Origin: a virus
IMG/VR virus record: IMGVR_UViG_3300028829_005098
Coordinates: 1-64,000 of that record
Length of the DNA: 64,000 bases
Strand: one strand, 5' to 3'
A program made the position numbers and the translations under genes. Each line of letters begins with the position of its first letter. Position 1 is the first letter of the stretch. Below, one piece after another: positions 16,956 through 26,941 of the stretch. Below the pieces are notes generated by a model that was not told the origin of the DNA, made no database searches, and saw only the letters and a list, made by a program, of their open reading frames with translations.

Positions 16956-19489
16956 TATACGGAACTTAATACTTGGTTAAACGCATTACTTTTATTATCA
17001 CCTGTTGAATTTACCTTTAAAGTACCAAAGTGATTTTGTTTCGTCTCAGGTGTTTGTTTTTCTAATGCAGTCATAGAAATTTGAAGTGTACACATCGTTG
17101 GATAACGAGCAACCTTAACATTTTCTTTATGAATTTCTCCATTTGCAAAATCGTATGTATTTTTGGCAGCTGCTCCGTTTGATCTATCGTTATTCAAAAG
17201 TTCCCATGTTGCTTCTGCTGGAATAGATGTACTTACACTTGTTATTAGCACAGGTTGGTTTCTGTATATGTCACCCAAATTGAATTTTACAAACGGAGGA
17301 ATTATAAATCCATTTTCAGAATATGATGCAGGTTTAGTTAATCCAACCATATAATTAATTCTTTGCCACATTGGTAATAATTCATCAACACTAAAAGCAA
17401 CTACATTAAAATCAACCGACATTGTACGAGTAAATCCCTTGTATACATAAACTTTATCTGCACGACCAAGGTACTGAGTATCTGTCCACTCTGCATCACT
17501 TTGATCAGACAATGAATCAATAAACGAACGAAACGGAATATATTTTTTGTTTACCAAATCGTGAAAATATAATGGAATAAAATCTTCTCGTGCCCAGTCT
17601 GGCATTGCTTCAAGTGTTGCATTCTCGGCATCTAGAATTCCTTGTTTATTATAATTGTCAATTCTTGTATTTTCATCTTTTCGTTCCGATACAATCATGT
17701 TTGCCATACCCGAATAGTCTGGTACTTTTTTACTTTTTAAATAATATGGATTGCTTACAAATCTTTGTTCGTATGTTGGGGTTGACGCACTTTCCCCAAC
17801 AGGTCGTTTTCCTTTTGGATTTAATCCTGCATCTGCAAGTTTACTTAATAAATCGTAGGTTTTTGTATCATTAAAATTCTCAGCATTTGATTTTACTCCA
17901 AGATTTTTAAGTGCAGTATTATAATCTGATTTAAAATCATCTGTTATTTGTTGAAATCTACCTGCCTCTCCACCTGCCTGTGCATTGCTTGTTTCTTTTG
18001 TATTTTTTGTATTAAGATTCCTAATTGAATGATGTGGAGTTGATTGTTTATCATCTTTTGGAAGTTGCTCGGTTGTTGTTAATATATCATCTGAGTGATA
18101 ACGATTTTTGTATCGTGTATCTATATCACTATTAGAATTGCTTCCTACCAATTCAGGAATTGTTTGAGCATTAATAGAATCTCCTAGATTTGTTCCTGAA
18201 CGATTCGCCCCTCCTCTTATATCACTTGTTGTATCTTTACGATTTTTAATTGGGTCGGCATTAATATCAACATCAAACTTAGCAGGAGCATGAACTATTA
18301 ATCTTCTATTTGAAAATGTTTTTTTGTAAGGTTGGTGTGGTGCAGATAATAACGGAGAAAGATCACTAGTTTGAAATTTAATAACACCACGACTTCCGTC
18401 TTTATTTGAAAATGATTCAAAACTCGCAGTAGTATCTTGTGATGTAGCAGCTTTCTTTTGATCTGGATCACCACCTACACCATCTTTTCCAAATGGTGAA
18501 GAAAATGTACCTGCTACATCTATATCCTCTGCTCGCAATCCACCCGATCTTAAAGAAGCATAATCTTTTGAATATGTATGAATTTTTGAGGACTTTTTAT
18601 CTATTCCATACGGAAGTGAACCACCCAACGGTCTTTCACCAGGTGCATCGTATGTAACACCAAATATATTAGGATTGTTAATGTATTTATTTAAATATAA
18701 ATCGGTTCCAGTATCAGTAGTGCTTGGAAGTTTTCGCCTTACAGGTGCCCGTGGAGTGTATTGCCAATCAGTTGGTGAATCGTATTTTGGAGTTTTATTT
18801 TGAGTATATGGTTCTGTTGATGTAGCTGCACCCCATTTTAGTTTTACTTCTTGTACATCAGCTGCATCGTTTGTTAAATCTCCCTCTGAATAAAGTATAT
18901 TGTTATTGGTGATAGACGCAACATTACCACTATCTAGATTCAAACCTTTATACAATTCACCATATCTATCAGTAGGCATTTTATCACGATAAAAACTAAA
19001 GTCTGCGGCCTCACCTACATTTCCTACACCATAGTCAGATTCTCCTAATTCTTGTTTAAATGTAGTAAAACCACCTATTTTTACTTTTCCCGTAGCATTT
19101 CCGTTTGTGTTTACTTGTGAAGAATTTCCGTCACTAAATCTGTTTACTTTAGTTTTATTTCCGTATCCAAAGAAGTTAACACCTTGTCCTGTACCAGGTA
19201 TTGTGTCGGACGCATTAACAGGTGGTATTTTGTTTGTAAGTTCATCTATACCAGGAGAACTGCCACTTATAGGAGCAGGCATTGATTTACGATAAAATGT
19301 TTTATTGTAAGATAATCTGGGTTCCATTCCTTTTCGTGAACGATCACTACCAGAACGAAACTCTACTTGTCCATCCTTTGCCTTGGTTCTTATAAATCCA
19401 TCCGAAGAACTAGAATTATTCCCACCCATTGTTGGAAACATATCCTTGAACATATCTCCCAGTCCACCAAATAAATTAGAGATTTTCAT
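16955..19489 (-). CDS. Baseplate/tail-tube initiator-like protein with long N-terminal extension (start re-called at 19489)
   Basis: C-terminal tube-fold segment IPFRSFIDSLSD..AEWTDTQYLGRADKVYVYKGFTRTMSVDF..PPFVKFNLGDIY; lies between tape measure and LysM genes. Confidence 0.6.
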   Translation of the reverse strand: MKISNLFGGLGDMFKDMFPTMGGNNSSSSDGFIRTKAKDGQVEFRSGSDRSRKGMEPRLSYNKTFYRKSMPAPISGSSPGIDELTNKIPPVNASDTIPGTGQGVNFFGYGNKTKVNRFSDGNSSQVNTNGNATGKVKIGGFTTFKQELGESDYGVGNVGEAADFSFYRDKMPTDRYGELYKGLNLDSGNVASITNNNILYSEGDLTNDAADVQEVKLKWGAATSTEPYTQNKTPKYDSPTDWQYTPRAPVRRKLPSTTDTGTDLYLNKYINNPNIFGVTYDAPGERPLGGSLPYGIDKKSSKIHTYSKDYASLRSGGLRAEDIDVAGTFSSPFGKDGVGGDPDQKKAATSQDTTASFESFSNKDGSRGVIKFQTSDLSPLLSAPHQPYKKTFSNRRLIVHAPAKFDVDINADPIKNRKDTTSDIRGGANRSGTNLGDSINAQTIPELVGSNSNSDIDTRYKNRYHSDDILTTTEQLPKDDKQSTPHHSIRNLNTKNTKETSNAQAGGEAGRFQQITDDFKSDYNTALKNLGVKSNAENFNDTKTYDLLSKLADAGLNPKGKRPVGESASTPTYEQRFVSNPYYLKSKKVPDYSGMANMIVSERKDENTRIDNYNKQGILDAENATLEAMPDWAREDFIPLYFHDLVNKKYIPFRSFIDSLSDQSDAEWTDTQYLGRADKVYVYKGFTRTMSVDFNVVAFSVDELLPMWQRINYMVGLTKPASYSENGFIIPPFVKFNLGDIYRNQPVLITSVSTSIPAEATWELLNNDRSNGAAAKNTYDFANGEIHKENVKVARYPTMCTLQISMTALEKQTPETKQNHFGTLKVNSTGDNKSNAFNQVLSSV
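19167..19186. repeat. 20-bp sequence identical to 61142-61161 (encodes QGVNFFG in two paralogous domains)
   Basis: CCAAAGAAGTTAACACCTTG present at both loci. Confidence 0.9.
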
Positions 19490-19527
19490 ATATTCATAAA
19501 TATACAAATATATTTTTTTTATATATA

Positions 19528-22500
19528 TTATGGAGATGCTTTTGCAAGTTGTGTGCTTACTTTCTTTCCATCCATATTTACTGCAATTCCACCACTCTTC
19601 ATTAAATTAATTAACTCATCAAGTTTTGCTTCCACACCTTTGTCGTCTGAACTTGTTTTTTGCATTGGTGCAGGAGGTGGTACACTTGCTACTTGTTGTA
19701 CTACATCAGGCATAGAAAGTGAAGGTGTACCTGCTCCTCCACTTGCCATTTCTTCGGACGAAACTCCTGTTGGAATATTTGTATTTGTTGATTCAAGTTC
19801 TGATTTCTCTTGCATTTGGTTATTTACATTCATAGAACCACTTGTTTCAAATGGTAATTGTTTACCTAAACTAAGTTTTCCACTTAAAGATTCTGTGACT
19901 ATTCCGTCATTTACACTCTTTGAATAATCCTGTGGTATTTGATTTTCTCGGGTAGACAAGTTTAAATCGAATCTACTACTTGCCATGTTTCGTGCAAAAG
20001 AAGAAGAACTTTTTGCAGTATTCTTTATATATTCATTTTTAAGTCCACGTTTACTACTTGTATATGCGTTACTCGTTTCACTCCGTCTTCTAAGTAACTC
20101 TTGGTATTTTTGGTTTTTATCTTCACCTTTGTATCCAACCGTTACATCTTCCATTATTCCAAACTCACCTTCTCTTTGTTCGGTTATTTTGGAGGATTCA
20201 TTTTCTGTTCTGAAAGCAGATAATTCTTTATTGGCAACTTCGTGTGCCTTCTTATTATCCATGTATTGATTAAATTTATCTTCACCCCCAACCTGTGACA
20301 TAAATATTTTATCAAAATGTTTCTGTGCATCATAGATACTCGGTTTTGCTTCCACCCCAACTGAAGTATTTTGTGCTACTTCTACATTCGTATTTTTTTG
20401 TAGTTGTTCACTTGGTGGTTCTTCACCTGTTGTTTGATTTACTACTTCCGTGGTTGGTTTTGGTATTCCTCCACCAGCAGTCATTATTCCCATTAATATT
20501 GTACCGAATGTACCAAGTTCTTCAAGTGCTTCAGTAAATTTTAAAATTGACTGAGTCATTGCATCTAATCCCGATACCGCAACTGCATATATATCTGGAT
20601 TACCAAGAAGAGTTAAAAGTTGTGACATAGGTGCAACACCTTTATCAAGTGCAGTCATTCCCTCACCAATACCTTTAAAACTTGTTCCTACTGAAACAAA
20701 TCGTGTGATTGCATCATCGTCTATATCTTCAATCTCATCAAATAAATCTTCAAATCCATCACCCAGATCATCAAGTATATCTTCCGCATCATTTTTACTC
20801 AATTCACTTATTGCTCCTGCTACATTTCTAAGAGAATCGGCACCTGTATTTATTTTCTCTGCGTTATCACCCAATCTTATATAAACAGAGAATGGATCGT
20901 CCGAAGCAAACATACTTAAGAATGCACCGATTCCTTGTCCTGCTCCAAGTGCTACCATGGCCGCACCAACCGCAGTAAGACCTCCAGCAACTCCAAGTAA
21001 TTTTACTCCATCAAGTTCTGCAAGTTTAGATAACCCTCCAAACATAGAATCAATTATACCACTTATCGCAGAACCCATTGAGTTTATAACTCCACCAAAT
21101 GCTTCTAATGCAGGAGTTGCTATATTTAAAGCATACGCAAGTGGAATCAAAGCAGCTCCTAGTAATGCTAAAACTCCTGCTCCAATAGCAACAGGAACTG
21201 CTATTAAACTTAAACCAAATGCAGCTGCGGTTAATACACCAAGTGCTACTGCTCCATAAATTACATCACCCCACGATACATCACCAAACATTTGAAATGC
21301 AAATGCGGCCGGAAGTAACGATGCACCAAGTAGTGCAATTGCAACTGCACCTTTTATTAAAGACGATCCTGCTTTATCTATAAACTTAGACATTGCCCAT
21401 AATCCACCAATCATAACTGCGAGACCAGTTGCTCCCTTTGCAACACCTGCCCAATCAACTTTACTAAATTGTTGAAATGCTTTTCCTGCAATATACAAAG
21501 CACCTGATAATATAGCAAGAGCAGCCGCACCTTTTAATACTTGTTTCATATCAATCTTGTTAAACGATTTAACAAATTTATCAAAACCACTTGCACCTTT
21601 CTTTCCACCCTTTGTTGATTTGGAAACATCTTTTGACTTATCAGATGCACCAACTTTTGTAGTATTTGCTTGCTCAGCTGCTTTTATTTTATTTTCTTTG
21701 AATCTCATGTCGGGAGTTCCATCTTTTTTCAACCCACGAACCGATGCAGGACCAAACATATCTTTTACCTTAGATGCCATTCCCTTGATTCCCCCACCTT
21801 CACCACCACCTTTAAATGCTCCTACAAGTGAATCTTTCAATCCCTTTGCACCTTTCATTCCAGAACTAAAGAAACCACTTAATGCACCAAATAACGATGA
21901 TAATGTTGCTCTTGGATTTTTAAAAGCATTTAACAAAGATTTTCCTAAAGTTTTTGAACCTTCTAATCCTGATGTAAATAATGTTGTTACCGATGACTTT
22001 AAAGTATTTATTGCCTTACCCGGTTCCTTAAATGCTCCTAGCAATGCACCACCTAACGATTTAATACCACCCATAGAATTACTTATAAAACTTGAAAAAC
22101 TAGGTCCTAGTTTTTTCAGTCCGTCAATTCCTTTTAAAAATCCGTCTTTTAGAAAAGGTCCTATTTTCTTGGCATTATTTGTAAATGTCATAAATATACC
22201 TTCCGTTCCATCGGATACTATTTCAGATGCCGACTTCATTACATTACCAAATGTTCCTGTTATATTTTTGAATAGTAAACCAAAACCTTTATCAATGAGT
22301 CCTGTTATTGGTTTGAATAAACCTGTTAGATTTGCGATCATTTGTTTGCCCACGGATGTGAAACTGAGTAGAATTCCACCAATTGCAAATAGAGATGCAC
22401 CGAGTCCGTCAAATTGACTTTTTAGTCCATCAAGAGAACCTTCCCACAATCCTGTAATACTTCCTATTGCACTTAAAGTATTAAAAATAAAAATAAATGG

Positions 22501-25500
22501 TTGCAACAAGAACTCAACTATCTTTATTAGATATCCAAACCCACTTATTAAATGGTCTAGTATTGGTATTAAAATATTCATTGAAGTTTCAACCACGGGC
22601 AACAATACACTTCCAAGTTCATCCAATAATCTATTAAATTGATTTGCTAATTTATTTCTTATATTTGCATTATCCTCTGCTTTCAATCGTTCCATTCCTT
22701 GTTCTGCCAAAGATTTTGTTTCTCCTTCTAATGCCATACGTCTTGCCTCATCGTATTTTGCGGCCATTTTTTGTTGTTCAACTGTACCATTACGCATTGC
22801 TTCGATTTGCTTCATATGTTGTTGTTGCTTCATCAAAGTTTTAACATCTTTACCAAGTGCTTCAGAAACTGCTTTTCTTTCGTAACTATTCATTTTAGTT
22901 AAATCACCAATTCCTTCTAGAATTTTTGATTCTTCTGCCATATACTTGACCATATCACCTTCATACGAAGCTCGTCTCAGTGAATCTAAATTAATATGAC
23001 GACCAAGCATAGTTGCCATTTTCATTTCTTTTGTAATACTTGATTCAAAATCTAACATAGATTCCATAGATCCTGCTATTTCTTCTATGTTTGTTCCAAG
23101 TCTTCTTGCTTCTACAGCGGCAACTGCAAGTTCTTTTCCTGATCCTCGCACAAACGCATACACAGAATCGGACGCACCTGCAATGTCTTCCATTACTCTA
23201 CCCAATGGAACTCCAGCCGCAGCTGCTAGTTCTGATGTAACATAACTTAAATTAGTCGCAATTTCACTTGAACCACCACTTATCAATTTAAATGTTTCAT
23301 ATACCTGTGCACCAGTGAGAGATGCAATGCCCATTCCGTTTTCCAACAATGCTACAAGTTTTATATTTTTCTCGGTAACCATAGCTGTGCTACCAAGTAT
23401 TTCTGTTAATGCTTTTGCTGAATCAAATGCTTCTTCTAAACTAACTCCGTATCCTGATAATGATCTTTGTACCTTTACGGTTTCTCGTTCAAGGTTTTTG
23501 GTTACTTTTGCGGACAAACCAAGTTCTTTTCTAAAGTCATGCGTCAGTTCTTCCACTTTAAAGAACCTACTTACTGCAGCTGCAAGTAAACCACCGATTA
23601 TAACTAAAGGTAAAGCAACCGTAAGTAACGCAGGACCAAATGCTTTTGCAAGTCCTATTGCCCCTTCTAGCATATTTTTGGCATTTGTCATTGCTTGACT
23701 AAATTGACCCGTAAATGCGTCCATTAATTTATCTACTTCTAGTTTATCTGGATCAAATGGGTTTAAAGACCCATCGACTGACACACCCATTTGTTCTGTT
23801 AATTCATCCAAAGCTGTTGTGAAACCTGTTTTAAAACCTCTCCTAAGTTCATCAAAAGCAGGACCAGTTACCGTTTTTAAAGAGGTTGCCAGTAAACTTC
23901 CTACAAATGGAACACTATCTAAAATTCCTTCAATTTTTTGTTCAACTACATCAAAAGTACCAATTAATCCATCGTAAAATCCTGATAGTTTGAAGTTATC
24001 CATTGTAATTAATAACGCTTTTTGTTCTTGGAGTTCACGTAATGTTGCATGAGATAATTCTTCTTCTTCTCTTAACAGATTTAATAGAATTTCTTTTTTT
24101 GCATTTAATTTTTCTTGAATAGAAACAGCCGATTCACCGGATTCTGCTAACTCTTTTGAATACATAACTAATTCCGTATATATTCGTTCTTGACTCATTA
24201 ATTCAGAATTGTATTTTAATAAGTCCACTTGTTGAGATTCGATTGATGGTATTCCACCACCACCACCACCACCACCACCAGGTGATCCAGGTGGAACTCC
24301 ACTTCCCCCAAAACCTCCACTTCCCCCAGAACCTCCACCACCTCCAGGAGCACCACCGTCAGCAAGCATTACAGGTCCACCATGATGCAATCCAAGGTGA
24401 CCTTTGCTATTTAAATGCTCAAGAAAACCTCGCCAGTTTTTGGCAACATCTGCACGAATCACAAATTCCCCGTCTGTTAACATAGCAGGAATTACATCTT
24501 TGCCCATAGGACCACTTACAAATCCACCAGTAGACATTTTAAGATTATTTAATTTTTCGGAATTTGTAATTGATGTTTGTAATTGTGATGCCATGTTTTG
24601 TTTGGCATTCATATTATTAGTCATATTATTGATTTTTTCTACAAGAGTCGTTGCATTTTGTTCTTCACTTCCGGTATTTGTTATACTGTTAACAAAACTA
24701 TCGAAAGTTTCTGTACCAAATGAATCAGTTTTTATATTCGATAAAAACGACATAGAGTCCATTGTAGAAGAATTCACTGCCTGTGCTTCTAGAATTTGTT
24801 TATCAAGTTCCTTGATTTGCTCTTTTAAATCAATATCAGAAAGTCCACCTTTTTTGAAAAGGTCATCTATTTTTTGTTTAGAATCTATTGTATAATCTGC
24901 GATAGCATCCATTGATGCTTTTATATTATCTCTTGTTAAATCAAAAGTTTCTTTTATTTTTTCAAAAACTTCTGATAAGTTATCTTTAACATCTCCACTT
25001 ACTTCTGAAAATTGCCCTTTGACTTTATCGAAAATAGAAGTTAGATAACTATCATCACGTGGATTGTTATTTTGATGTTCACCCAATACATCTTTCACAA
25101 AAACCTTCCCATCTTTATGAAGTTGGTGTGAGTTTGAAATGTTTTTTTCAAGTTGTTCAAAGAGAGATTCGGAAGTCATAGATTTGTCTCCTGTTCTACT
25201 TTGATCGTATACTGCCCTCAGTTGAGCATCACTCATACCTTCTGATCTTGGATCGTTTCTTAACTTGTCAAATTCTTTGGGATTTATTTCTTGTTCTATC
25301 ATCCTCGTTGTGACGTCACTACCGATATTTGGTCTTGCTAGCTTAAAGTTACCTGTTTCTAAAAAAGCAAGGCCTTTACTTTCTTCGACCTGATGTTTCG
25401 TGGTTTTTTCGTTTGCTAAATTGTTTTCATTAAAAGTTTGAAGTGAGGCTGCGGTTTTTGCATGATCTAATGTTACCATCGCATTGAATCTGGTGTTAAA

Positions 25501-26265
25501 TTTTTCAATCTCTTCAGATGCAATTTGATTTGATTTTGTTATTTCCTCTTGTTTTTGTTTTATTAGGGAAGGATCGATTATTTTATCTTTATTAGTTGGG
25601 TCCATTTGTTTGAATTTAAAATCAGTTCCAACTTTTAATGCTTCTATTATTTTTGCTAATCTGTTGTCATATTCTTTTGAGTAACCCAATGCAAGATCTT
25701 CTACTTTATCAGTATTTATTGCCGTAATTTCTCCTGCTTCGTTTTTTTCACCTATATCATCTATATGGTCTTCTATATTTGCTTCTATTCCACGCATCGC
25801 ATTCGGATTAAAAATAGCATTTGCTCTAATTTTATTTTGCTCTATGTCATCCTCCTCAGTATGAGAAGAACTCCAGGGTGGGTTAAAACCACTCAAAGTT
25901 TCCTGTCTTCCCGTGTCATAATCACTGTTACCTTGTAGTGATATTCGTCCTGTGGTTGAATCAACTCTTGCATTACCTCTAAATTTTTCTTGATTTGCAA
26001 GTTCCCGTTGAATTCTTTCCAAAATTGGTTTGGTCAAATCGTTGGATGTATCTACGGTACTTGCTTTATTATTTAATGATTGAGCATAGTCAGGATTTAG
26101 TCGTGCTTGGTCATAACGTACTTTCATGACAGCGTCTTTATAAATACCCTGCATACCATTCTCACTTGCTTCTTCTATCAAAGAATCAATATCTTCACCT
26201 TCTCTTAACCGCTTTCCATACGCACCTAAAAAATCCCGTACCTTTAATTCTTGGTCAAAATCCAT
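19528..26265 (-). CDS. Tail tape measure protein (2245 aa)
   Basis: Length; position after tail chaperones and before baseplate; helical Ala/Gly/Leu-rich repeats and hydrophobic segments; C-terminal IAVNMDGKKVS. Confidence 0.85.
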   Translation of the reverse strand: MDFDQELKVRDFLGAYGKRLREGEDIDSLIEEASENGMQGIYKDAVMKVRYDQARLNPDYAQSLNNKASTVDTSNDLTKPILERIQRELANQEKFRGNARVDSTTGRISLQGNSDYDTGRQETLSGFNPPWSSSHTEEDDIEQNKIRANAIFNPNAMRGIEANIEDHIDDIGEKNEAGEITAINTDKVEDLALGYSKEYDNRLAKIIEALKVGTDFKFKQMDPTNKDKIIDPSLIKQKQEEITKSNQIASEEIEKFNTRFNAMVTLDHAKTAASLQTFNENNLANEKTTKHQVEESKGLAFLETGNFKLARPNIGSDVTTRMIEQEINPKEFDKLRNDPRSEGMSDAQLRAVYDQSRTGDKSMTSESLFEQLEKNISNSHQLHKDGKVFVKDVLGEHQNNNPRDDSYLTSIFDKVKGQFSEVSGDVKDNLSEVFEKIKETFDLTRDNIKASMDAIADYTIDSKQKIDDLFKKGGLSDIDLKEQIKELDKQILEAQAVNSSTMDSMSFLSNIKTDSFGTETFDSFVNSITNTGSEEQNATTLVEKINNMTNNMNAKQNMASQLQTSITNSEKLNNLKMSTGGFVSGPMGKDVIPAMLTDGEFVIRADVAKNWRGFLEHLNSKGHLGLHHGGPVMLADGGAPGGGGGSGGSGGFGGSGVPPGSPGGGGGGGGGIPSIESQQVDLLKYNSELMSQERIYTELVMYSKELAESGESAVSIQEKLNAKKEILLNLLREEEELSHATLRELQEQKALLITMDNFKLSGFYDGLIGTFDVVEQKIEGILDSVPFVGSLLATSLKTVTGPAFDELRRGFKTGFTTALDELTEQMGVSVDGSLNPFDPDKLEVDKLMDAFTGQFSQAMTNAKNMLEGAIGLAKAFGPALLTVALPLVIIGGLLAAAVSRFFKVEELTHDFRKELGLSAKVTKNLERETVKVQRSLSGYGVSLEEAFDSAKALTEILGSTAMVTEKNIKLVALLENGMGIASLTGAQVYETFKLISGGSSEIATNLSYVTSELAAAAGVPLGRVMEDIAGASDSVYAFVRGSGKELAVAAVEARRLGTNIEEIAGSMESMLDFESSITKEMKMATMLGRHINLDSLRRASYEGDMVKYMAEESKILEGIGDLTKMNSYERKAVSEALGKDVKTLMKQQQHMKQIEAMRNGTVEQQKMAAKYDEARRMALEGETKSLAEQGMERLKAEDNANIRNKLANQFNRLLDELGSVLLPVVETSMNILIPILDHLISGFGYLIKIVEFLLQPFIFIFNTLSAIGSITGLWEGSLDGLKSQFDGLGASLFAIGGILLSFTSVGKQMIANLTGLFKPITGLIDKGFGLLFKNITGTFGNVMKSASEIVSDGTEGIFMTFTNNAKKIGPFLKDGFLKGIDGLKKLGPSFSSFISNSMGGIKSLGGALLGAFKEPGKAINTLKSSVTTLFTSGLEGSKTLGKSLLNAFKNPRATLSSLFGALSGFFSSGMKGAKGLKDSLVGAFKGGGEGGGIKGMASKVKDMFGPASVRGLKKDGTPDMRFKENKIKAAEQANTTKVGASDKSKDVSKSTKGGKKGASGFDKFVKSFNKIDMKQVLKGAAALAILSGALYIAGKAFQQFSKVDWAGVAKGATGLAVMIGGLWAMSKFIDKAGSSLIKGAVAIALLGASLLPAAFAFQMFGDVSWGDVIYGAVALGVLTAAAFGLSLIAVPVAIGAGVLALLGAALIPLAYALNIATPALEAFGGVINSMGSAISGIIDSMFGGLSKLAELDGVKLLGVAGGLTAVGAAMVALGAGQGIGAFLSMFASDDPFSVYIRLGDNAEKINTGADSLRNVAGAISELSKNDAEDILDDLGDGFEDLFDEIEDIDDDAITRFVSVGTSFKGIGEGMTALDKGVAPMSQLLTLLGNPDIYAVAVSGLDAMTQSILKFTEALEELGTFGTILMGIMTAGGGIPKPTTEVVNQTTGEEPPSEQLQKNTNVEVAQNTSVGVEAKPSIYDAQKHFDKIFMSQVGGEDKFNQYMDNKKAHEVANKELSAFRTENESSKITEQREGEFGIMEDVTVGYKGEDKNQKYQELLRRRSETSNAYTSSKRGLKNEYIKNTAKSSSSFARNMASSRFDLNLSTRENQIPQDYSKSVNDGIVTESLSGKLSLGKQLPFETSGSMNVNNQMQEKSELESTNTNIPTGVSSEEMASGGAGTPSLSMPDVVQQVASVPPPAPMQKTSSDDKGVEAKLDELINLMKSGGIAVNMDGKKVSTQLAKASP

Positions 26266-26298
26266 TTTCAGAAACTACTTTTTAATAAACCAAATTAA

Positions 26299-26601
26299 TT
26301 ATCTTAATTTACGGATTTCATTAAGACGAGTAGCAATATATTTATCTACACTCATTCCTAACATTTTTGCTTTTCGTTCTATTTCTTCTGGAGTACCACC
26401 GTATGTTCTTTGCAAATGCTTTAGCATCTGCATACGACTTTTTGCTACATCAACTGCAATGTCTTTCATCATTTTTTTGAATCTTGGGTCATGTTTTATG
26501 ATCGTAGATACCGAGTTTGTAGCACGATCAAACAATTTATTTACTACCCAACCCAATACTTCTTTTAATACTTGTTTATCTTGATTTTTGTTGTTTTTCA
26601 T
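26299..26601 (-). CDS. Hypothetical basic protein (100 aa)
   Basis: ORF between chaperone and tape measure; ATATTTAT at 26640-26647. Confidence 0.55.
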   Translation of the reverse strand: MKNNKNQDKQVLKEVLGWVVNKLFDRATNSVSTIIKHDPRFKKMMKDIAVDVAKSRMQMLKHLQRTYGGTPEEIERKAKMLGMSVDKYIATRLNEIRKLR

Positions 26602-26682
26602 GTTGTTTGCCTTTATAAAAAAAATTGCCGTATATATTGATAAATATACGACAATATAACTTTATTTGAAATTTATAGAAGT

Positions 26683-26941
26683 CTAACGATAACTTCGTTT
26701 ACCTGCACCTGTTGGTGGTCTTGCAGGTTTCTTACTACTAGATTTTGCTTCTTGTTGTGCCTTTTTTACATCTTCGTTTTCTTTGGTACGGACATCTACA
26801 AGTTTGCGTATATAGAATCTGCGAAGATATACTGGGAGATTATACACAACATCTTGCGTAAATGCTCCTTGACTGTAATAGCAGAGATTAAAAATCTCTT
26901 CGTGAAGTTGAATCTTATACTGAGGAGGAAGGGTAAAAAAA
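26683..26941 (-). CDS. Tail assembly chaperone C-terminal (T) part, probably reached by frameshift from the upstream chaperone
   Basis: LHEEIFNLCYYS...VYNLPVYLRRFYIRKL helical domain; no RBS-supported start; overlaps the upstream ORF at a T7 run. Confidence 0.65.

Noticed and set aside
21557-22417. 286-aa plus-strand ORF and other plus-strand ORFs of 60-190 aa
   Set aside because: All lie antisense to well-supported genes, with no RBS or recognisable motifs
24243-24485. ORF with a poly-His run
   Set aside because: Reverse complement of GGT repeats encoding the Gly linker of the tape measure
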